NCBI RefSeq assembly: GCF_009914755.1
Contig: NC_060933.1
Source of the DNA: the human T2T-CHM13v2.0 reference genome, Homo sapiens
Reading direction: 5' to 3' (one strand)
Length of the DNA: 64,000 nucleotides
Shown here piece by piece: positions 11,833 to 28,403 of the stretch. A program made the translations under genes and the position numbers. Below the pieces are notes generated by a model. It ran no database searches and was not told the DNA's origin. It saw nothing but the letters and a program-made list of their open reading frames with translations. The first letter of the stretch is position 1; each line of letters opens with the position of its first letter.

Positions 11833-14352
11833 GTGAGCAGCCAGAACATTTTGTGAATATGCAGGAGTTTCCTCCAAGGACCACAAAAGGCCTCTATGAC
11901 TCAGAGAAAATTAGGTTCCTCAACTGTAAACTGCCCTTTGGGGGAAAGGAAGAGAAATTCCAGAGGAGGGGAGGAAAAAAAGATAAAATTCATTTCAACT
12001 ACTCCTCCCAATTACGATTAAAACAACGAAGACATTACATGCCAATTGCACGTTTTAGGTACTGGCCTGCCTTGGAGTCATCTTCAAACCGGTTTCCTCT
12101 GTATGTATTTATTTTTCTTTAAGTATCCTGAGAAGTGCACATTATTATCTTCTGTGGACATCTTTAGTAAACAGGGAGCTTAGGCATGTTTGCATTGTTC
12201 TGGCTTGTTGCAGTTGTTGACCTGATTGGATCATGGACTGCTTTGATCACTTAAAAATGAAAGCAGTTTTTACTGCAAATTGTGCTGGGATGATTTGAAA
12301 ACCAAACAAACCAAAAGGACATGTTCTATTTATTCTTTATTACTCACACATTTAAAGAACACACAGACCTTCCTCCCCTCAATCCCCAAAATATGAATGT
12401 GTTTAGAAGATACATTTAAAACCACCTTTTCTTTTAGCCTTGCAGGCAAAAGCCTCTGGAGGGTGCTTCGTAAAAAGGGTCTACAGCTTGGCAATTTCGA
12501 TTTGGAAAAGTACACTTTAAATTATTTCTCCCCACTCTCACCGAAGTCCTGTTTTACAGGCTTGGGAGTTTCCTTTTGAACACTAACATTTATTGGCCAT
12601 ATAACCCTGGACACAATAGCTAAACCTTAAGTTTCATTTTCTTCATCTATAAAATGGGGATAACTGTTCAAAACCTTATTGAAAGGATGAAATATTTTAA
12701 AGCACATTAGGCATTCAAAACAAATGTATACTGCTTTTTCTTATGGTGTTATTTTTTCCATTTACAAATGAGAAAGTTGAATCTCAAATTAAATGACTTG
12801 TCCAACTACTCACAGCACACAGGTAGTAGAATCTAGAAACAAATTCTATTCTTGTGCCTTAAAATTCACTTCTTCCTCTTTTCTTCATATAATAGAAACA
12901 TCTACGTAAAGACTTTGTACTACTGCATGCACACTGCTTCAAGATTAGTCCCTTGTCACCCCCTATTAGATAGTCAATACAAAGTCCCTTGTATTAAGAC
13001 ATTTGAAAACTGCCATTTTCTCTATATTATTTTTATTAAAATGTTCCCTAATTAAAATATACTATTTTTAAAATGAATTGAGAGGCAATAGTTTTAAAAC
13101 TACTAGTGGCATAATGATGTATCTGTTCCTGTAGTTGCCTTTTCTTGTCTTTTGATCAACAGCGGTGATATCCTTATCTTCTCAGGGCTGCAGTCCTCAG
13201 GTTATTAAAAGGGAACAAACACCCTAACAGGCTTGTACCTTTGATTTTCTGCCATACTCTCCAAGTTAATGAGTAAGAGGGTCAAGGGAATTTATTCCTG
13301 TGCTTTAGGAAATCTACAAACAATATTAAAAAAGAAGTTGGTGGCAGATTAAGAAACTTTTAATAACCTTGTGCAAACCTTCCAGACACTCATTACTCAG
13401 CTTCAGTTAGCACATATAGGTGATTGAAATATGCAATTTCAAAATATGCTGTGGGAGTTAGAAGAGAGCCAGCAGCTGACAGAGAAGTAGTTTGGGCAAG
13501 AAAAAAGGAGGCTTCGGGACCAAGGAGTTCAGTGAGAAAGTCAGCTCTTTTATTTTGCTATATTTGAACGAAAATAACCCATAAGAAGGAATGTTGAAAG
13601 CTTTGCAGGGTCTTGCATGCATTCCATTTTGAAACCCGCTAATGAAAGACCACTGATTGATTTATCTGAGGCATATATATTTTCATTAAAAGCCAACACT
13701 GTATTCTCTCTTCTCTCTCTTGCTCTTGTTTTCTTAAGACACTTTTTTCCCAAGCAAATAAGAAGCTTCCTAACTGCTTTACCCGTTCCAGTCTAAGAAA
13801 TGGAGATTCCAAGATATTTTCCTATTTATCTTTGAACAGGTGTTTATCTTCCTAATGCTATGTTTCTCAGACCCAACTGTAAATTTGCACATAGATTGAG
13901 ATTATCAACTAGATTTCAACTCTAACCTTAGCTCTTTCTACTTCTGAAAACTTGTGCCAGCCATATTATGGTTTAAGGCAGGTTGTGTTGAGTATTATAT
14001 CCACATTTGACAGAACAATGCCTAAGGCTAAGAAAAACTAAGTGACTTATCCAAAGTCACATAGCTACTGGTAGAGTTTAGAACATTTGACTGAGATCAA
14101 GCTATAATAGATCCCAAGTCCTTGGGCTTCATCCTACCATTCATTTCCTCCCTGTAAAAAAATGATAATAATCATCTCTGCTCTTCCTTCTCACAGAATT
14201 TTTTGTAAGAATCAAATAAACTAGTATTTGTGAAAATGTTTTATACACCCAATTTAGAAAGGAACAAGTATGGATGTTTCAGGGAGAATACAGAAAGGAT
14301 AATTAGAGTGAAGGAAGCCACAGGGTCAAGAGCATCCAGGAAAGAGAGATTG

Positions 14353-14793
14353 TGTTATAGTTTGGATGTAGTTTGACCCTGCCAAAACTCATACTGAAAT
14401 TTGATCTTTAAGGTGGCAGCATTCGGGGATGGGGCCTAGTGGGAAGTGTTTGAGCCAGGAGGTAGATCCCTAATGAATTGACTAATGCCCTCCACTGGGG
14501 TGAATGAATTCTTGTTCTCACTGGAATGGATTGGTTGTTAAAAAGAATCTGGCTTCCTCAGTTTCTCTCTCTTGCTTCCTCCCTCACCATATGATCTCTT
14601 TGCACTTGTCTACTCCCCCTTGGCTTTCTGCCATGAGTGGAAGCAGCATGAGGTCTTCACCAGAAGGTAAGCAGATGCTATTGCCATGCCCTTTGATCTT
14701 CCCAGTCTGCAGAACTGTGAGCTAAATAAACCTCTTTTTCTTATACGTTACCTAGTCTCATGTATTCTGTTTTAGCAACACAAAACTAAGACA
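14353..14793 (+). mobile_element. MSTB-type MaLR solo LTR
   Basis: TG...CA termini, AATAAA at ~14725, near-TSD GATTG/GAATG. Confidence 0.88.
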
Positions 14794-14856
14794 GAATGTC
14801 ATACCTAAAATACAGTTGACATTATACCGACTTGAATGGGAATTCATGTGGTAGAG

Positions 14857-15183
14857 CTGGGGTTGGTAAACTTTTTCTGTAAAGGGCCAGAGGGTAAATA
14901 TTTCAGGCTTTACAGCCCATATGTTCTGTCTCAAACACTCAACTCTGCATGAAAGCAGCCATAGACAGTATGTAAATAAATGAGCAAGGCTAGATTCCAA
15001 TAAAACTTTATTTATGGACACTGACATTTAGATTTCATATCTTTTTTCATGTATCATAAAACATTATACTTCTTTTGATTTTTATTTCATTTAAAAATGT
15101 AAAAACTATCTTTAACTCACAGGGCCTCCATAAACAGGCAGTGAGTCAGATTGGGCCCACATGGACATAGTTCAAGATTCCTG
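14857..15183 (+). mobile_element. MER58 (MER58B-like) hAT MITE
   Basis: GGGGTTGGTAAACTTTTTCTGTAAAGGGCCAG..., CCAATAAAACTTTATTTATGGACACTG. Confidence 0.88.
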
Positions 15184-17145
15184 CTATAGGGCAATGAAAA
15201 ATGATACGTTGTTGACTCATTTGGGTAACATTTGATAGGCAATACAATGTCACTAAAGTTCATTAGCAAGAAGATTATAAGTTTGGAGTGCTTAGGGCTG
15301 CAAGGAACCAAGAAAGCTGATTAACATCAGCTATGATGATAAGAGCATGTATATTATGGTTAACAAGAAATCTGAATGTAGAAATTTGACAGTCCATTCA
15401 GAAGTTTAACAATGTCCTCAGTGATCCAGACTCTTTTCATCCTTTTGTGCCTCCATTCTCAGCATTTGGCTTTCCATATTTATGCTTAATGCTGCACTGT
15501 CCAATGATTGCTGCCACAGCTTCAAGCACAATGTCCTCACAATAGCATCCCCAGCATAAAAGAAGGGTAAGATTGTTCACCCAAAAGCTCTTCCCCTATA
15601 TCAGTCTTTTTTTTCAGGAAGCAAATGCTTTCCCAGAAGCCCCACCACAGACTACTCCTTTGCTAAAGTTGGGCCAGGTGACCATATCTTTGCATTGCAA
15701 AGGAAAATAAATTTCTCATGGTTGGCTTACGCCAATCATCATTTATCACATTGGGCCAAACAAAATTAGGATTCCATTAGCAAGGAAGAAGTCAAGCAAT
15801 GGCTGTTGGGTAGGCCACTGACAGGACCTGCTTCAATGGAAGAAGAAATTTTTATGGGAAATTGAGCTAGAAATCAAGCTGAGGTAGGATGAAATTTTTG
15901 GATTCCCACAAGCTCTATCTTACCACATAATATGGAATTATTAATTAATGCTTCTTTCTTATAAAAGGACAAAAAAAATGCTGATGGCCAGGCCTATATC
16001 TTATTTATTAGGGTGCTCTCTATCAGGCATATGTTTGCAATTCTTTTGGCATTGAGAATACTTGACAAATTGAAATGTTAAGGCTTGCAGGCAGAGCTAA
16101 ATAAATAAATCTTCCAGAAAAAAAAAAAAAAAAAAGAGTGTCTGAATTAAAGAGAAAGAAGAAGAAATGGAATAAGAAAGATGAATGTTCATGAATTGAA
16201 GCATGTCTGACTTTATTTTCCCTGTGGGAAAAACTGCAGTCTTCCTGGGAGCAATGCCTGATCCTTGCTCATGCCTCCTACTATTGTTATATTCTCGGTG
16301 GAATGGAAAAGACTGGATTCAGCCTTTCTGTGTCACAGTGAATCAGCCAAAAAAAGAAGAAGAAAAGTTATCAGTATTCTACTACAAAATGGCTAAGAAA
16401 AAAAAATCTGAATGTATTCAAAAAAATTTCACTAAAAATGAAAAGACAGACTCATAGCATGGGTATTTCATCAGTAACAATTGGGAGCTAGATTGTCAAC
16501 TACATAAAATTAGATGTTTCATCTTCTGTTCTTTTGTTTTAGGAGAAAAATGTAAGAATGTGTTATAGTCTCTTCTAATTTGTAAACTGGTAGCCAGGCA
16601 CTCTGAGAAGATGGCAACACCCTAGTGATTAAGGTAAGCAAATCTTTGTTACTAGAAAAATCAAGAGAAATATGACTGCCTTTGTGTCTAATTTTTGAGA
16701 TAATATATTGTGAGTTCGATGTTGTCATGAAATAAAATGTACAGCAAAAGTCAATCTGTTACATCATTAATAATATGCTTATGATTTGTCACACTGCATG
16801 GTAAAAAGACAAAGACAGTAAATAGTTTATTTGCATGGATATAATTATTATTCATTTTATGTAGGAAAGCCGAGATTTTATAGTGTGTATTTTTCTTTTT
16901 TTTTTTGTTGTTTTTCTTTTTTGTTTTTTTTTCTTTTATTATTATAATTTAAGTTTTAGGGTACATGTGCACATTGTGCAGGTTAGTTACATATGTATAC
17001 ATGTGCCATGCTGGTGCGCTGCACCCACTAACTCGTCGTCTAGCATTAGGTATATCTCCCAATGCCATCCCTCCCCCCTCCCCCCACCCCACAACAGTCC
17101 CCAGAGTGTGATGTTTCCCTTCCTGTGTCCATGTGATCTTATTGT

Positions 17146-20991
<3,846 letters not shown>

Positions 20992-21039
20992 TTATTTTGC
21001 TCGTTAGTTGATGCAGTTTCTTCCTAGTCTTGATGGTCT

Positions 21040-22056
21040 TTACATTTTGGCATGATTTTGCAGCGGCTGGTACTGGTTGTTCCTTTCCATGTTTAGTGCT
21101 TCCTTCAGGAGCTCTTTTAGGGCAGGCCTGGTGGTGACAAAATCTCTCAGCATTTGCTTGTCTGTAAAGGATTTTATTTCTCCTTCACTTATGAAGCTTA
21201 GTTTGGCTGGATATGAAATTCTGGGTTGAAAATTCTTTTCTTTAAGAATGTTGAACATTGGCCCCCACTCTCTTCTGGCTTGTAGGGTTTCTGCCAAGAG
21301 ATCCACTGTTAGTCTGATGGGCTTCCCTTTGAGGGTAACCCGACCTTTCTCTCTGGCTGCCCTTAACATTTTTTCCTTCATTTCAACTTTGGTGAATCTG
21401 ACAATTATGTGTCTTGGAGTTGTTCTTCTCGAGGAGTATCTTTGTGGCATTCTCTGTATTTCCTGAATCTGAATGTTTGCCTGCCTTGCTAGATTGGGGA
21501 AGTTCTCCTGGATAATATCCTGCAGAGTGTTTTCCAACTTGGTTCCATTCTCCCCGTTACTTTCAGGTACACCAATCAGACGTGGATTTGGTCTTTTCAC
21601 ATAGTCCCATATTTCTTGGAGGCTTTGCTCATTTCTTTTTATTCTTTTTTCTCTAAACTTCCCTTCTCGCTTCATTTCATTCATTTCATCTTCCATTGCT
21701 GATACCCTTTCTTCCAGCTGATAGCATCGGCTCCTGAGGCTTCTGCATTCTTCACATAGTTCTCGAGCCTTGGTTTTCAGCTCCATCAGCTCCTTTAAGC
21801 ACTTCTCTGTATTGGTTATTCTAGTTATACATTCTTCTAAATTTTTTTCAAAGTTTTCAACTTCTTTGCCTTTGGTTTGAATGTCCTCCCATAGCTCAGA
21901 GTAATTTGATCGTCTGAAGCCTTCTTCTCTCAGCTCGTCAAAGTCGTTCTCCATCCAGCTTTGTTCCGTTGCTGGTGAGGAACTGCGTTCCTTTGGAGGA
22001 GGAGAGGCGCTCTGCTTTTTAGAGTTTCCAGTTTTTCTGTTCTGTTTTTTCCCCAT
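21040..22056 (-). CDS. L1 ORF1p, 338 aa, open frame
   Basis: MGKKQNRKTGNSK...NHAKM with REKG, ARR and YPAKLS motifs intact. Confidence 0.97.
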   Translation of the reverse strand: MGKKQNRKTGNSKKQSASPPPKERSSSPATEQSWMENDFDELREEGFRRSNYSELWEDIQTKGKEVENFEKNLEECITRITNTEKCLKELMELKTKARELCEECRSLRSRCYQLEERVSAMEDEMNEMKREGKFREKRIKRNEQSLQEIWDYVKRPNPRLIGVPESNGENGTKLENTLQDIIQENFPNLARQANIQIQEIQRMPQRYSSRRTTPRHIIVRFTKVEMKEKMLRAAREKGRVTLKGKPIRLTVDLLAETLQARREWGPMFNILKEKNFQPRISYPAKLSFISEGEIKSFTDKQMLRDFVTTRPALKELLKEALNMERNNQYQPLQNHAKM

Positions 22057-22960
22057 CTTTGTGGTTTTTATCTACTTTTGGTCTTTGATGATGGTGATGT
22101 ACAGATGGGTTTTTGGTGTGGATGTCCTTTCTGTTTGTTAGTTTTCCTTCTAACAGACAGGACCCTCAGCTGCAGGTCTGTTGGAGTACCCTGCCGTGTG
22201 AGGTGTCAGTGTGCCCCTGCTGGGGGGTGCCTCCCAGTTAGGCTGCTCGGGGGTCAGCGGTCAGGGACCCACTTGAGGAGGCAGTCTGCCCGTTCTCAGA
22301 TCTCCCGCTGCGTACCGGGAGAACCACTGCTCTCTTCAAAGCTGTCAGACAGGGACATTTAAGTCTGCAGAGGTTACTGCTGTCTTTTTGTTTGTCTGTG
22401 CCCTGCCCCCAGAGGTGGAGCCTACAGAGGCAGGCAGGCCTCCTTGAGCTGTGGTGGGCTCCACCCAGTTCGAGCTTCCAGGCTGCTTTGTTTACCTAAT
22501 CAAGGCTGGGCAATGGCGGGCGCCCCTCCCCCAGCCTTGCTGCCGCCTTGCAGTTTGATCTCAGACTGCTGTGCTAGCAATCAGGAGACTCCGTGGGCGT
22601 AGGACCCTCCGAGCCAGGTGCGGGATATAATCTCGTGGTGCGCCGTTTTTTAAGCCCGTCAGAAAAGCACAGTATTCGGGTGGGAGTGACCAGATTTTCC
22701 AGGTGCCGTCCGTCACCCCTTTCTTTGACTAGGAAAGGGAACTCCCTGACCCCTTGGGCTTCCCGAGTGAGGCAATGCCTCACCCTGCTTCGGCTCGCGC
22801 ACGGTGTGCGCACCCACTGACCTGCGCCCACTGTCTGGCACTCTTTAATGAGATGAACCGGGTACCTCGGATGGAAATGCAGAAATCACCCATCTTCTGC
22901 GTCCCTCACGCTGGGAGCTGTAGACCGGAGCTGTTCCTGTTCGGCCATCTTGGCTCCTCC
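22057..22960. promoter_or_regulatory. L1 5'UTR: internal sense promoter (-) and antisense promoter (+); CpG-rich
   Basis: YY1 site CAAGATGGCC at 22943-22952 (-). Antisense donors GT at 22618, 22703 and 22862. Confidence 0.9.
22513..22602 (+). pseudogene. L1 ORF0, truncated to 29 aa by a 1-nt deletion
   Basis: MAGAPPPALLPPCSLISDCCASNQ then frameshift to TAG 22600-22602. The remainder (VGVGPSEPG...) is in another frame (ORF 22593-22820). Confidence 0.85.
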
Positions 22961-23865
22961 TAATGTGTACTTTTCTTTATGAGTTTACCATTATCTGTAA
23001 CCATGTCAATATATATTACCTCCCCTAACATTTTTTATAGCTTTTCTCCATTACATATAAAGACAATGTACATTCACAGTGCAATTCATACCAAGAGTCA
23101 CATGCTCCTTTACAGACATATTTCTGAGGTCTGCTTCCTTCATAGCCAGAGTTTCCTAAGCACTTTACCCTCTTAGCCTCAGGTCTAATGCCCCTGTTTC
23201 AGTAACCCCTCACATTCCTGATTACTTCTTCTACTCTTCCCGCTCCTACCATCTCCCATTACTCTAGACAGGGATGACAAAGGAGTTTCATCTAGAATGC
23301 CAACTCCAGGTGAATTGTACTGGTTGCTTGGGGAGCTGTATTTAGAAAAACTGTGAGAATGTTACTATGGGCCTGGGATGTAAAGAGAGCTGGGTATCTG
23401 TCTTTCCTCATTTTAGTGGTTCTTAGAAGTTATTGTTTGATCCTCCCTATACTTGAGGAGAACCAGCCCTCAGTATCATAGCCACTGAAGAATTTAAGAC
23501 TGGAAGAAGTAAGGGGCATGATACCACAGTGGCCTGGGCCACAGGAACATCCTTTCAGAGAGAAAAGGGGGAGGGTGGGTAGAGAAAGAGAGAGAGAGAA
23601 GATGGCCAAAGAATGGACTGAAAGCAAGCATGGACAGAAAGAATAGACACCAAAAGAATGAACTTGAGAAAGAAAGAAGCAGATAAAAGTTAAGAGTGAG
23701 AACCATTTAAGCAGGAAGAACTGTTTTCAGGCATAACGTCTTAGGCCTGCAAAATCCATTCTCTACGTTAATGATCTTTATGGGAACAGCTGTTAAACAA
23801 AGTAGGTCTAAGAAAAAAAATCTAGTTACTGCATTGTTCTCTTTAATGTGCATGAGAACAGGCCT

Positions 23866-23955
23866 ACACACACACATGCATGCACACACACACACACACA
23901 CAAACACGCACAGGTGTACACACACACTCACCAAAAGATGCACACAGACACACAC
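23866..23955 (+). repeat. Degenerate (CA)n
   Basis: Interrupted CA runs. Confidence 0.9.
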
Positions 23956-24882
23956 AGTCTTATCTTTTTATACCATTCAAGTTGCTTCCGCTTGGATCTT
24001 CATGCTTCTTAGAAGTGTCATCCTTCTCTTGGATTCTCCTGTCACCATGGAGAAATTGGTTGTGCAGACCCAGAGTCAAAAGCTTTGGCTGTTTTCTTAT
24101 CAGTATGCTGCATTTGCCTAGAGGCTTATTTTCATTTCAGGTGTGCTTTTCTTGCCAGAAAAGCAGAGTGGGTGGCTGATTACAAATAGAGGCCTTAGGC
24201 GGTGGTAATTGAAGACTGGTAAAACCACACAGTTTAGAGGAAATATTGCTTCTGACTAAGTGGAGAGAGACTAGAAATTTTCAAGTGAAAATAGGAAGTG
24301 CAGACAATTGTCAATAACTCCAAACAACAAATGTTAAAGCATCTGGGGAAAACTATCTGCAAGATTGCATTCAAGTTAAACTTCTGCTCTTGAAATCAAT
24401 CCTACATATTGCTAATATTGATTGTGTTGCCCTCACCTAGAAATTGACCTGAGGTCATTTTAAAGGCCATCCTCACTATTGCTGCTCCCCTCCCACTCCC
24501 ACTAAACCCTACTCCCCACCTTGTTCACCCATCCCTGGGATTCTCTAAACAAACTGAAAACTTTTATTCCCCAGTTCAGTTCACATGGATGGACTGCCTG
24601 TCATGTGCTAGGTCTAGGGGTTTTGGTAGATGAATTGGGCTTGCCTTAAGTTTACAATCTGGAAAGTTAGAGAAAAAGAAACTAATAAATCAGAAAGAAA
24701 AGTAACATCCTTGCTTAAATTGGCACTGAGGTGTTTATTTCTTTGGTTATATCTCACAGTTGTCCACAAAAGGACCTCAGTGATGGGGAGAATAAACACA
24801 TATGGTTGACACTCTAGGGACAAAGCCCAAAATGGTTCATCACAATCACAAAATATTTTTAGAAGTATCTTGCCTTATATTT

Positions 24883-25090
24883 GTAGTTTTCAACCAACCA
24901 TGACTTTTCCACCCAACTACAGGGGACATTTGGCAGTGTCTGGAGACATTTTTGGTTGTTACAACTGGAATTGCGCATCTGGGGGTTGAGGCCAGGGTTG
25001 CTGTTAAACATTGGGCAATGCACAGGACACTTCCCCGCAGCAAAGAATTACCCAGCCCAAAATGTCAAGTGCTGAAATTGAGAAACCCTG
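24883..25090 (+). mobile_element. MER20
   Basis: GGGGACATTTGGCAGTGTCTGGAGACATTTTTGGTTGT...CCCAAAATGTCAA...TTGAGAAACCCTG. Confidence 0.9.
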
Positions 25091-25348
25091 CTTTATATTA
25101 AAATACGTGCACATTTTGTATTCCACTCAATGTTCAGTATAATATTATTTACACATTTTTTTCTTTGAGTAAAATTGACACTGCAAGAAAATTGGTCATG
25201 TTTATCTGGTGCCCTAGCCTGAGGTCTGGTACATGGCCATGAACCATGCTTTGCAAAAGATGGCCCTATCCCTGTCTTTCAATTGATTCCCTCATTTTAC
25301 AGCTTAGCTCTGACCTTCTCTGGAAGACATCCCAGTGTCTCACAGTTG

Positions 25349-25633
25349 ATGGTTGTCTGATTTAGCAAATAAAAATACTGTTTCCTGGTTAAATCTCAAT
25401 TTCAGAAAATTGATAAATAATTTTTTAGCATAAGTATATCCCATGCAAAGTTTAGGATAATTAAAATTTGGAATTTGAACTTGGGATTTGAGTTTCAGAT
25501 AAACAGCAAATAATTTTTGAAATACCTGTGTGTCCCCTGAAACATTTGGGATCTAGTGATACAAAAAAGTATTTACTTTTTAATTCTGAAATTTGACTTT
25601 AACTGGGTATCCTGTGTTTTATCTGGCAATCCC
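25349..25633 (+). mobile_element. MER53 hAT MITE with internal duplication
   Basis: GGTTGTCTGATTTAGCAAATAAAAATAC...TTTTATCTGGCAATCC; the left-arm segment occurs twice. Confidence 0.8.
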
Positions 25634-25939
25634 ACTGCAGTTGTGCCTGTTGTCTCCTCTCAATATCTATGATATTATGAGGACTATTCCTCCCTCTATA
25701 CTCTCAGTGACTACATATAGACCTATTTGCAAGCATGTTTTAACCCTCTGAGTAAAATCTACGTTTCATAGTTTTTGTTCTTTTTGCCTGGAAAAATGCC
25801 CTGAACATTGCAGGAACTCAAAAAATATTTTGTGGATGATGCATCATGTCATTGTAATGCTACAAGGGGAAACTAGAAACTTTATTAGGTATCATTGTAT
25901 AATAGGTGATCAAAAAACTAGGATTTTAGTAGTGAGTAT

Positions 25940-26420
25940 TGATTAGGGCAGCTTGGCTATGAGTACCAGAGACCAAAAAAAAAAAAAAATCATTTCTAAA
26001 ACAAGACAGAAGTTTGTCTCTCTCTTGTGTAAAAGCAGGCTGGAGATCAACTGGGAAAAACTGGTGTGGAGTCTCCATAGCCAGAGGCCCAGGCTTTTTC
26101 CAGCTTCTCACTCTACCATTCCTAGGGTGTGGCCTTCACACTCCAAATGACTGCTGGAGATCCAGCCCTCATATCTATATTCCATAAACCAAAAGGGTTT
26201 ATGGAAGAAAAGATCATCCCTCACGTTAAAAATGATTTCCTCTACTTGTGTATCACTGACCAGAACACAGATATATGGTCGCACACAGCTGCAAGGGTGG
26301 CTGACAAATGTGGTCTTTATTTCAGGGGAGAAGAGTGCTCAGCTAAATGTGAGGTTAATATGAGAGTAAAGTGGAAAATGGATATTTGATGGGGGAAAGG
26401 TACAGACTATACAGATCTCT
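25940..26420 (-). mobile_element. Old MLT1/ERVL-type LTR remnant
   Basis: AAACAAGACAGAAGTTT.TCTCTCTC, CCATTCCTAGGGTGTGGCC, GGTCGCACACAGCTGCAAGGG motifs. Confidence 0.5.
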
Positions 26421-27483
26421 TCTGGCTTCAGTTGCTAACTCTCTTACCACTTTTAAAAGTATATCCTTTATTCTGAAAATAACTGGGAAACAGAAACTAG
26501 AAGATTCCCGATCCCCATCACAGGTATTCAAAGCTTTGTGGTTTTCAAATGCCACCTCTTTCACCCAGCATTCTCAGATTCTTCCTATTTCTTATGTGCC
26601 CCTTATGAACTATCCAAGCACTCAATGTGCCTCTCCTGGGTGTGCACCATTTTTTTTTTTACCTCACATCGTAGTTTTCTGTGTGAGTTCACATTTCCCC
26701 CACTAGATTGTAGACATCTTGAGGACAGAGTCAGTTTTAAAATCATGTCTCTGGCCTCTTCCCTCCCTAGTGTGTCTTACATACACTAGGGGTTTAATAT
26801 TTGTTCCATAGGTGAACAACTCTCTCGTACCTGAGGGAGAGAAGTGACAACCTGTCATGTGCCCATAGGCATGCAAGGGAGATGTCCACGTTATCTTTAG
26901 TGGTTGCCAAGATAATGTGCTGTGGAGATTATTTCATTTTGTTAGGCAGATTTTGTAAAAATGAAAAATGAGTTTGTTTCAAGACTACAGAGAGCTTTTC
27001 AATGTAGCTGATGTAAGAGTCTCAAGATTTGGGATAAAATCCTACCCAAACCTGCTCATGAAAGCTGCACGTCTGCAAAACTCGCCATTACCGAATGACA
27101 TGGTGCAGAAAGGCTGTTAGGAAAGGCTAATGCCTATACATCTGGTGTAATGAAGAAATGGGAGGGTTAGGCACGGGAAACCACAGCTCCAACAGAAGGA
27201 GCTGAAAAGATATAGGTAAGATTAGTGACATATGTAAAGGCCCAGATACTGTGTGACAAAGTCTACCCAGCTGAATAGGCCGAAGCCAGAAGTAATAGGA
27301 AGGCCATGTTCTCCCTAATCCTCCAAGATAAGCTGTTCCATCCAGAATTATCAGCCAACAATCTTCAGGGTATCCGGCTGAAAATGAAGTTTCAGACGGC
27401 TTTGATTCCTCATCCATAAATGAGAAAGTGCCTGAAGGATCTTTATTTATTCTCGCTCCCACCGAAACACTCTTCAAAAAGTG

Positions 27484-27571
27484 CCAATATACTAGCAACA
27501 GATGCATAAAGCCTCCCTTCCTTTGATTGACAGAACATGATATAAAGCAACCCTCACTTGACATTTCAGTT
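27484..27571 (+). promoter_or_regulatory. Candidate Pol II core promoter (CCAAT, PBX-PREP/MEIS decamer, TATA, Inr)
   Basis: CCAAT 27484; CCTTTGAT 27520 overlapping TGATTGACAG 27524-27533; TATAAA 27541; TCAGTT 27566-27571. Motifs only. Confidence 0.35.
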
Positions 27572-28241
27572 TCATAAGGCTCCTAGCAGGGGGAAGAAAA
27601 AAGAACCTTGAAAAAAAATCCACTAGAAAATAAAGAGGATTTATGCAAACTCACGTGAATGTTTTCAGAATCAAATTTAACAGTTTTATTTCTCTGCAGC
27701 CCTTATTCGATATTTTGGGTTGCAGATGAATCATTTCAGCAGGAGTAATTTCAGCCATTTGCTTATTAATGTTTATGGCTTATTAAAACAAAGTATTTAC
27801 ATATTAATGTTTGTTGATTACTGGATGTTTAAGTTGCTTAGTTGTAAATGATTGAGATATTCACTCTAGGGAGGAGATATTTAATTTGGTGTTGTGTGTG
27901 CTTTAATTTAGATTTCAAAATCAGTAATTGAATGAGAAAATGTCATCTACACCTATGCATTTCAGTTTTGAAAGGTCATCCCGTGGTTAGTTTATACATT
28001 TTCAAATTCTTGTTACATTGCTCAATAAGATATTAAAGTCAAGTTCACCCTATACATATTTCTTTCAATTGACATATAAATGTTCTGTTTGAAATAATAA
28101 GTAAATTTAATGCCTACATATTTCTTATGGAAGAAAGGTTGGAAAATCTTCTAGACGAGCCCGAGAGAAAGACACTAATTCTTTTTGTTTTATCAAAGGA
28201 ATTTATTTTTATATTTAATTGCTCTCTGACTTTTTTTGCAG

Positions 28242-28403
28242 GTTGTCTGAAGTTGGAGTTCTTCATGCTCTGTAGAAACTGTAGTGTATAGAATTCCAGC
28301 ATTTTCCTGACAAACATCAAAGCTACTTTGGATCCAGGGTTGACTTCGCATCCCTCAAAGAGCATTTCAAATGGCAATCTTCAGACTGCAAAGAAAACTT
28401 GGG
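28242..28403 (+). ncRNA. Candidate non-coding exon (162 nt)
   Basis: Branch CTCTGAC, T7, GCAG|G acceptor and GG|GTGAGT donor; stops in all three + frames. Next acceptor TTTTCTCCACTTTCTAACCAG| at 28521. Confidence 0.5.

Noticed and set aside
12182-12210. p53-like half-site AGGCATGTTT
   Set aside because: The second half-site is mismatched and widely spaced.
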